A DNA stretch of 62,570 bases, counting the filler. It is 14 parts of 14 records of this genome, joined end to end, with 100 filler letters (N's around TTAATTAATTAA, not from the genome) between each part and the next. Parts side by side here need not be neighbours in the genome. Positions count along the whole stretch, not along the records: positions 53,134 to 55,695 come from SRR9188676_2600; positions 55,796 to 58,837 come from SRR9188676_2608; positions 58,938 to 62,570 come from SRR9188676_2609; 11 more parts are not named here. The stretch is one strand, 5' to 3'. Positions 53,977-62,570 of this stretch are shown piece by piece. How positions within the stretch are numbered: position 1 is the first letter of the stretch; every line of letters starts with the position of its first letter. The notes under the pieces were generated by a model, which ran no database searches, was not told where the DNA came from, and saw nothing but the letters and a program-made list of their open reading frames with translations. Both the position numbers and the translations under genes were made by a program.

Positions 53977-54111
53977 GAGATCATTGATCATGCTGTGGAG
54001 GAGCATCTCGCGGCGCTGAAGCAGCGGATGGAGAGCAGGTTCGCAGAGCGGCAGGCCATGCTGGCCCAGAGGGTCGACCGCCTCGAGCAGATCCTCGGCC
54101 TCACACAGTGA
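53977..54111 (+). CDS. Probable terminal exon encoding a coiled coil (unidentified gene)
   Basis: AAG acceptor then EIIDHAVEEHLAALKQRMESRFAERQAMLAQRVDRLEQILGLTQ*, with strongly GC3-biased codons unlike the flanks. Confidence 0.55.
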   Translation, partial: EIIDHAVEEHLAALKQRMESRFAERQAMLAQRVDRLEQILGLTQ

Positions 54112-56176
54112 TCACCCTGAATCACTCTTGCATTCCCCCAGGATCTATCTGTCGCTTGATTCCCATTTGGCTTCGCACAGTGATACCCCTGAATCACTTC
54201 TTGTTTGATCACCAGATAGTCCCTATAAACTAGGATTCCTTTCAGACATTTTTTAGATCAGTCGTCCGCCTCGAGCAGATCCTGCAGCATCTCACATAGT
54301 GATCCCATCCCATCCGTCTCCACGACTCACTGGCTTCATCTCCACCATTCACCGAGTCGGGCGGTCAGGTCCAGGCGAGTTCGGAGTATCTCTTCTCCTC
54401 GAACGGACACCGCACACCTCACACCATACCTTCATTTCTCTCCGATGCGACCGATTATCGGACGTTCCGCGAGTCCCAGCAGTACGGAATTGCCCGGAAT
54501 AGGTTCTCCTCGTTGATCTCGCTTCAATTTCTCAACGCAGAAGTCGTGGGAAGTTTTTAATGAATCACAACGATTGAGTCAATCATCGAGACCAATCCTT
54601 CATTTAGTCTTATAGGTGGAAATAACGAAATAAATAAGCTCAGAATCAGAGATATCTAAGTCATGACTCTGGAATAGACCTTTTATTGTACTATTGTTGT
54701 CGAATTGATTGGTTGATTGTTGCTTCTGTCTCAGTCTAATCCAGTCTAATCTGAATCTGATTACTTTCTTTCACAATATCTATAGAGTTTGGAGGGCCTC
54801 ACTGGTGGATATCTGATTATCTCATGGGTTCGTTGAGGCCCATAACATAACGTCACATAGCATAACATAGCATGTTGTAAAGTGCAGCTCACTCACTGAT
54901 GAGTATTTTAGTCTTATTGCTTTTGGGTATCCCTATTAACCTACCTTTATTAAAATGGTGCCTCTTTCAGGAGCGAGATAAAAGGAGGAGGCCCAGTGCT
55001 CCCGTCTTCACGGTCAAAAAACGAAAAACATAATATCTAAAAGACAAAAGCACGTTTTATTATAACAACCTCAACACACAACTCAACAACTCAAAACACA
55101 ACGGAAGTCAAGAACGAAAAGGCAGGCTAATTTATTAATTTATTCAGCTTTATGACCTTGGAATGCAGGCATGACGGCGGTCGAACTCCCGTCCACTCCC
55201 GTCAAGTAGGGAAGAAATCAGGAGGAAAATGAAAAATTCAAGGCAAGACCACCAAAAAAACAGTCAAAGAACAGAGATATCGCGATGAATCTGAATTTGG
55301 CAAAGAGAGTGGGAGGGATTATTAAAATGAGTTGCTCTGGGATTTTCAAATGACACGCGCAGTATAATGTATGACACTTCATACAGATAGTGCTTGTGCA
55401 AGATGATGACTCTCATATTCCCATCGGGCAGCAGTGACGTTATTAATAAGTGAAAAACACAGGGAATTATGTCGTTACTCCTCGGGCGAGTGTCGTCACG
55501 CTTGGATATATGGTTATGCTTTTTGCTACTATGATCTAGAAGCTGTGGATCATAGCTACTAGCTACTATGATCTTCAAAGAATCAAGTACAATTGTTTGA
55601 ATCAGCGGGTGTCAATTGTAATAAATAAAATAAGCTCATTGCATAATCTATTGACTATCCCAACCATTAAGATAGAGCAGAGAGTCCGAGAAAGGNNNNN
55701 NNNNNNNNNNNNNNNNNNNNNNNNNNNNNNNNNNNNNNNTTAATTAATTAANNNNNNNNNNNNNNNNNNNNNNNNNNNNNNNNNNNNNNNNNNNNGAGAG
55801 TTCTCGGTCAATGACATCTCTTGGATTATTGAGAAAACAGGACTATCGAAAAGCGACCGAATCACAATAAGAATGAGACAGAGAACGAATGGTACCCTTG
55901 GAAAATATTTCATAAACTGCGTCTTCTCCCTCTCGGCTCTCACTTCTCTCTCTTTCTCTCTCCCTCACACACTCTCTTTCATTTCTCTGCCGCTCTCTCG
56001 ATCTCAGAGTGGGTCATCGTGCGAGCGAGAGCAACACGTTCGACCCGAGCATTGACGCCCCGAGTTCGAGTCACATGACCCCGCAGTGGCCGAATGCTGC
56101 CCCAATGTATGGACCCCAAGTCGAATGAGCCTCGTACCGCCATCCCCTGCCCATCCTGCGAAGACTTATCAGCTAT

Positions 56177-56402
56177 ATTCTGGCCAGGGGAATGTTGGAG
56201 GGCGTGCGCAGCCTGACGTTAGGTGTTGTCGTTGGTGGTACTCCTCAGAACGTTTGACGTTGTTAGGACGTTTTAAGCCGGACCTGCACTTACGTTGGGC
56301 GCTCCTTAATAACGTCAAACGTGACGTTCTGAGGAGCGTACCACCAAAGGTAACACCCAACGTCAGGCCGCGTGCGTCCTCCACCATTCCCTTGGCCAGA
56401 AT
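56177..56402. mobile_element. Foldback/MITE-like element, family A (226 bp, near-complete hairpin)
   Basis: Left arm ATTCTGGCCAGGGGAATGTTGGAGGGCGTGCGCAGCCTGACGTTAGGTGTT pairs with right arm AACACCCAACGTCAGGCCGCGTGCGTCCTCCACCATTCCCTTGGCCAGAAT. Inner arms CTCCTCAGAACGT/ACGTTCTGAGGAG. 22/24 identity with 1777-1800. Confidence 0.8.
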
Positions 56403-57093
56403 CACAATGCCTGTGATCTCACGCAACGCATGATATTAATTCCGCAATGCGCGGCACTGATCACACTATCCGCGAGATCTCGATCGACCTTGTCACGGCC
56501 CAAAGGCCCCATATATCCCATACTCTATCATGCCACCATCTGTATATTATTCGTCTGGACAATGGACAAGATCGAGTCGCTCCTGTTCCTAGTGCCCAAC
56601 TCTCAACTGTGTTGGTTTCCGCCTTCCGGTTTCTTCTGTCTCCGTTCATATATTTGGCTCGTATATTTTACGATTATTATTCATCATCTACTCTTCGAAA
56701 GATGTAGCTCAAGTTTGCGTATTGTTTGCCGTTTTTTAAAGCTTCGTCATCTAACACCACCACCATCATTCCAATGCGGATTCACCAAAATTGTTCTTTC
56801 CGGAGCCGAGCCTGGCCTGTGGGATTTCGTTAAAATCGCCTTGTGTGCAGGGCAGAGGGAATCCCGAATAACACAAAACAAAGCTAATCTAAGCTCACTC
56901 CTTGGCTGCTTTTTGCCAAGTGCGTTTCCCAAGGAGGAAGACCTTCATTGCCTGTCCTACCAACATTCCCAGCAAAAAATAAAATGGATTTATTCAGAAA
57001 CTCAGAACGAACTATAGTACAACAGATATAGAGACATGACAGTAGGAGAGTGTCGAAGAAGGACGGAAGACATGATGAGAGATCGATACATCG

Positions 57094-57210
57094 CATCAGG
57101 AAAAGCTGCACAACGTTTTTTCACGCGTAAAACGTAAAAAAAGACGTTGTTCAACGGTTTTCAACGCTTGAACCGTTTTTAAACGGTTACGCGTTTTTAC
57201 GCGTTGAGAT
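57094..57210. mobile_element. Family B element, second (partial) copy
   Basis: Starts CATCAGGAAAA, the reverse complement of 52650-52660, and shares the core ACGCGTAAAACGTAAAAAAAGACGTTGTTCAAC. Confidence 0.6.
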
Positions 57211-58344
57211 CAAACAATAAATGATCAACTGGCTTAGCAACGTTATTGGAGTGATGCATGCATGAGGAGGTCCTAGATGAGATCTTCACTGGAAAAAAGG
57301 CGAAGGTGGGCCGCCAAATATTTGGATGAACCGTCATACAAGTGGAACATTTTGGAGAGAGCTGGATGAAACTTACTGGAACGACACCCCCTTTTCATAG
57401 TGCGTGTCTGAGACTGTGCAATCTATGGACTTGGAGAATTCGGAAAGTTATTACAATGAAACAGTGAGCTTATGGTAAAGAGCGATGGCTATAATGAACT
57501 CCATGTCCTCTGGTAACTTTCAGAAAAAATTCCAGTTGTGTGCAAGCTAGTGCAATCTGCTAGCTTTTCCGTTTCTGCTCAGAGCACCGAGGGATTCGAC
57601 ACCGACCAGATGTGATGTTTTCGGGGTTTCACATTATTGGTAGCTAGTTCTTCGACACAGAGGGAGTCGCATGCCATTGCATCGACTTCTTTTCCGAATG
57701 CGTTGCAAAGAGAAGTCCGTGAGAACATTTGAATGTCGAGTGGTGGGGTCCCAAGCCAGGAGAAAAGCAGCGTCAGTTGTTTTCTGCGGGTTTGCTGGCA
57801 GCTCCTGTGGATTAGAGAAAACAATGAGATAAATGAGGAGCGGGTACTGAGACACTGCAAAGACAAATAGACTGTAATAATCTTCTCGACAGCATGCCTT
57901 AGTGTTTCCATCCGCCAGAAGGACTCGGGCTCTGCTAGAATGGCGAAATAGGCAATGGCAAACAAGGCGGATTATTGTATGATATTGACGGAATGCTTTT
58001 GAACTCCGGAGTGGGGCCAACAAGATCGGAATACTATTTGTGCGAAGTGTGCGGGAAAATAAGAAGAGAATAAGAGAATCAAGTCCTCATTAAACTGTGG
58101 AATCTTTGTCTCTGTGGCTCTAACATTGACCCCTCTAATTCGATTTTCTGGATATGCAGGGCTCTAGAACTACCCACGGTTCACCGAGCTGAGACTTCCA
58201 TTCACAATTATCAAGTATATTTACTGATTTTCCTTCAAGAATTTGTGTATGAAGGGCTGTATGATATCTTCCAATGGAAGAGTAACATGGCTAGAGAGAA
58301 ACAAAGGAGAGAGAGAGCTGGAATGGAGTGAAATGGGGACGCAC

Positions 58345-58647
58345 CAAATCCAGGGAGGGAAGGCAAAGCGGGGATAGAAATAAATGATGAAGGCAGAGAG
58401 GGGAGGGCAGAGACCACAGAGGCAGACACAGACACCGCGCTCCCCATTGCATCCAGCATGGACACGGCGCTGCCTACTGCACTGCCCATAGCGCTACCCC
58501 CCACCCCCCCTAGTACCGACACCGCACTGCCTCCCACCCCCCCTAGTGTGGCCACCCCCCCCATGGCTGTGTCCACCGTGGTGCCCACCGCGCTGCCCAC
58601 CGTGCTGCCTACGGCACCGATCGCCCCGCCAAGCATCCCTAGCGAAC
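58345..58647 (-). CDS. Internal exon encoding Gly/Ser/Ala/Val repeats (unidentified gene)
   Basis: CAG acceptor and GTGCGT donor bound a 303-nt open exon encoding GAVGSTVGSAVG...LGGVGGSAVSV-LGGVGGSAMGS. Confidence 0.5.
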
Positions 58648-59497
58648 CTGCACGAGGACAAGGTGTGATAAGTGAATCTGGAAAAATGCTCGTGTGTGAT
58701 CTGCAGTCCCGTGAATGGGCTCGAACGAAAGAAAATCCGGAGGCGAATAAATATGTTCACATGTGGAACGACGAATTATGACGATAACGAAATTCACATC
58801 ATACTGAATGGATCCGTTACGAATTATCCATTGTGTTNNNNNNNNNNNNNNNNNNNNNNNNNNNNNNNNNNNNNNNNNNNNTTAATTAATTAANNNNNNN
58901 NNNNNNNNNNNNNNNNNNNNNNNNNNNNNNNNNNNNNAAAAAAAAAAAGGGGGGGGGGGGGGGAAATAAATAAAGAAAAGGTGAGAAATTTGTGGGGGTA
59001 GGGGATTTGGCATAGAAAACAAGACTTAGTTAACCAATCAAATATCTGTGTCTCACATTTGGAAGGGCCATTTCTAGCCCGCCTTTTACAAAGCCATCGA
59101 ACTCTGAAGATTCCGCTCTTAATCAGAAATTTTCTCGGAGCTCTTATACTTTTGTGAAGGCCCTTTTCCAAAGTGAGAGGGAGAAATGGCCAAGGGGGCC
59201 ATGGTCTGCCTGGACCAGAAACACAGTCATTGCAAATGGTTACTCGACAATCACCTCTCTGATAGGTCTTTTATTCAGCATGAATGTGGAATCGTAAAAT
59301 GCTCCATTTTTTTTCACTCATAAATTCCTTGCAAGGAAATCATCATATTCACAACCCACTAATGTATCGATTGATTTGATTTGTGAGGGAAGGGGTGGGG
59401 GGCGGTGGGGGGGTGGGTGGGGAATGGTCGATTTTCTTTTTTCTAAGGTCGGAATTATCAATCAGAAGCCCCGCCCGCGGTATGGAAAGAGACGTAC

Positions 59498-60377
59498 CAA
59501 AGTGACAAAGACCGAGAAGAGCTGGCTGACAAGTTTGTCGACTGTAGCCTCTACCACAGTATCCTTCACACCCTTGGCATTCAATGTCACATAGCACTCT
59601 CCGTCCCGGAATGAGAACAGATCAGAGTCAAGAGAAACAAAATCGCAGTACTGGTCCATCACCTGGCACAGGCACAGAGGGGGTGGGGAGGGGGAAGTCA
59701 GAACTAAATTGAGAAAACATCTAGGATTCATCGAATAGTGAGAATAACCGAAGATTACAGATCATTTCTTCTTCAGAGGACAAAAAACTCCCTGCAAAGA
59801 AGCATTCGACGTACTTTGGAAATTTGGTTAACACAATCATTCTGGACTGCCAAGTCAGCAAGGTTTTCGAGAAGAGGTCTTGGGATAGGCGATGCAAAGT
59901 TCAGATGAAATGCTTCATATGTCTCACTGGCCAGATCCTATTGAACAGACATTCACCTCATCAGATAAATTTGTCGCGCCAGCACGTGACACAAACCTGA
60001 GATATTCGTTGGATGTTTTCTTCGTTAGGAAGCACAAAATAAACGGCAGGAACATCTGGAATTTGTTGGCGATCAGCGTTCAACAGCCTAAAAATTAGAT
60101 GAGTTTGAATGATCAATTACATCGAATGAATACAATCGTACAGATGAAGAGTGACACCCAGCTTTCGGAGTTCTCCAACATTCAGCAATGGAGAGATGAT
60201 ATCACGACAAAAGCGATCATAAACCAGCACCTTCCACACCATATCTGATCCCGTAGTGGGTTCAGTGGGGGAATTGAGCATAATCATGCGCTTTACAACG
60301 GCTATCAAAAAAGAACATTAGAAGGCCATAGTATAATGAATGATGTTTATACCTTTTTGCCTCTCTGCGATGTCCAT
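59498..60377 (-). CDS. SLY1: Sec1/Munc18-family protein Sly1 (SCFD1), 5' part; exons 60377-60353, 60301-60142, 60087-59997, 59937-59815, 59662-59498
   Basis: [18 protein letters not shown]...[52 protein letters not shown]...|[18 protein letters not shown]...|[17 protein letters not shown]. Confidence 0.95.
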
Positions 60378-61154
60378 ACTGTCACGATTTCGACACTTTC
60401 GTGCTGAGAGTGCTGGATGGTAGATGTGACCGTGATGATTGCTCTAGAAAATGCTTTGACGCCGAATAAGACCGACCCTTGCTTGTCGACCTTTTGTTGT
60501 CAGGTTTGAGAGTTCTATACTTTAAGATACATGATTAGGGCCATTGTTTCTTTATTTAGTTTCCGCTTTCCCTTTGCATCATCATATGTGAACATCACTT
60601 GAACATCACATGCAAACTCACGCCACACACTGAGCATTTTAAATTTGCTGACTCGATTATTCTACCAGGTTTTAGTCTTTCTAGGGATGAGCTTTATGTT
60701 ATACCCTCATCTTGCAGCTACCGTTATTCTGGGCTTCATGGTCTGGCGGGGATGGTTCCGACTGTGATTCAAGCTCGAACTTGCCCTCTCTCGATTCCGA
60801 TATTCCTTCCATTAACATTATCACCATCATTGACTACATTGGCCTCTCACAGATGTCACAGGAGCTACAGGAATTCGACATCAGCCTAATGAAGATGAAT
60901 GCAGATCCAAGCCAATGAGAATATCCAATTTGCTATATTTCTTGAAGACTTGATCTATATGGCATTTTTCTCTTTCGGTGGGGAAACGAAAGCCGAGATT
61001 GAGGTGAAGGATGTTTCTCACGAGTACATGAGTTCACGAGGGAGGCAGCTGGAGACACGAAGGTCAGGAAAATGTGCTTTTAATTTATTTATTCACACAG
61101 ATAAATGTACTGTGGTCATACTGGAGAAATAAGATAATAAATCGCATTTTAAAT

Positions 61155-61872
61155 TTAAAGAGAGGCCTTGGGTTGGACATTTTGATAAGCAGCTTGAACC
61201 ATCTGCGGGTTGTTCGCAGCGGCATTGAAAGCAGCCTGGGCGGCACGGGCAGCGAGCTCGGGGTTGTTCTTGACCACATCGTACACCATGCCATTGGCGC
61301 CCGCAGGCTGCTGGACCTGGGGTTGGGCCTGGGGCTGGTACGCATTCTGGTACGAGGACGACAGAGTAGAGGGGGCGAAGTTGACAGCGGGAGCGGACGC
61401 AACCATCTACAAGAGCAGAAATGGAATAAATGGATCAGTTTTTTGGCAGAGTGAAGGATGCGCGATGCGCGGAGGCGGACTCAACCGAACAAAGAAGACA
61501 GAAACGAATGAATACGGTTGAAAGAGTCCTAGAAAAACCGTTTCCAGCTTGGATTATCAATGAGTTTATCTACAGTTAACACTTGCAAAATGCACAGGAT
61601 CCCGGCTTCATTCTCCGTCAATTTCTTCCAAATCGAAAGGAGAATGAAGACTGAGACCTGATCGTACATTTCGATTTTTCCAGGGTTCAAGATAGTTTGT
61701 TGAAGCTAGGGCATGTGACTTTGGTCTGGGTATTGGGTATGGGAATGAGTAGGGATATGGTCCTTACCTGGGGCTGGGCCTGCGGCTGGGGGTATGTGGC
61801 ATAGGTGGCGCCCATCACAGGCTTGTTTGTCTCCGCGGGCACGGGCATGTATTGCGGCAGAGTGTCGCCAGG
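61155..61872 (-). CDS. Last two exons (61872-61768, 61406-61155) of an unidentified Gln/Ala/Pro-rich protein
   Basis: In-frame GT-AG exons PGDTLPQYMPVP...PQPQAQPQ|MVASAPAVNF...VVKNNPELAARAAQAAFNAAANNPQMVQAAY...*. GC3-rich codons. Confidence 0.65.
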
Positions 61873-62570
61873 CTGAGACAGAGAGAGGAGGGGGGGGAAG
61901 ACAGGGAAAATAGAACGAGGGTGTGAGAGACGAAATGACAGAATAGTGTCAATAGGCACAACAGTATGATGGCTCACGATGATGCACGTCCCAATGGCTG
62001 GCGATAGCTACGACGCCAGAAATGGAAGCAATTGTAATAGAGGACACGAGTGATCCACACGAAGGCCAGAGAGAACCTAATCAACATGCTTTGTTTCGAA
62101 TTAAGTTGCTTTTCTTTGTCACTTATCTGGCTGTCATCTGTCTATGCATAATGAACTCGACGTGTGTTGTCTCACCTTCGTGGAGGCGGAAAAAAAATAT
62201 CGCTAATATATTCTGTTTATTACGTGTCTCTTGTTTGCTTGTGACATATACGTTCATAATGATCTAGATGGCTATCTGCGAGTGATCTCACTTTGTGGAG
62301 GCGATACTAAGGTAATCAGCACGAAGGCCAGAAATGAATGGCGTGTGCTCTGGAATTCCATTCTGTCATTCTCCGTTCCTTATCTAGAAATGCAAAAAGA
62401 TACCAAATGACCACTTTCAATTGATGCGTGTGCTCAATTGTCTATCTGCGTTGTGAGATGTGTGCTGGCGATGTAGTAAAGTAGTAATCAGAACTGAGAG
62501 AGAAGCCAATGGATCTGAAATGTAATAAGGGGGAGTTAATTTTTTTTAATCCGTGTTCTGTCCTGCGTAA

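Noticed and set aside
57250..58030. Overlapping ~128-aa ORFs, possibly a decayed transposon
   Set aside because: No transposase, RT or other motif recognised in any frame.
60417..60918. Possible small + strand gene divergent from SLY1
   Set aside because: Candidate exons could not be joined confidently and no homology was recognised.

Overview
This is not one locus. It is 14 unlinked contigs joined by 13 identical 100-bp artificial linkers (44 N + TTAATTAATTAA + 44 N). Thirteen short contigs come from an intron-rich eukaryote with GT-AG introns mostly 50-100 bp long, the standard genetic code and many low-complexity inserts. It is probably a flagellated protist, since it carries a KATNIP-like gene and a voltage-gated channel. 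Genes I could splice together: a PH-FYVE protein, a voltage-gated Ca/Na-channel repeat, KATNIP-like, complete proteasome alpha-1 (PSMA6), RRP5 head-to-head with a FERRY3/C12orf4-like gene that the ORF track misses, an intronless 682-aa ankyrin-repeat gene head-to-head with malonyl-CoA decarboxylase, a second ankyrin gene, an N-terminal FYVE gene and SLY1/SCFD1. There is also a decayed copia-type integrase and at least three dispersed foldback/MITE-like repeat families. One 20.4-kb contig (13302-33682) is bacterial (Bacteroidota, probably Cytophagales), most simply a co-cultured or contaminant organism. It carries two YdeI paralogues, an FMN reductase, a class II Fic protein, an NTF2-like lipoprotein, a subclass A2 class A beta-lactamase, an ECF-sigma/FecR/SusC/SusD locus without enzymes, Tag, a glucose-dehydrogenase-type SDR, NamA, a TonB-dependent receptor and a 7TM-DISM hybrid kinase. 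I found no clear-cut new multi-gene system. The best leads are a candidate antisense sRNA between fecR and susC, a GTAG-type REP doublet, the beta-lactamase, the intronless ankyrin gene, the FERRY3-like gene, a TGACA/TGTCA motif at eukaryotic gene starts and the MITE families. All homology calls come from recognising motifs by eye, not from database searches.
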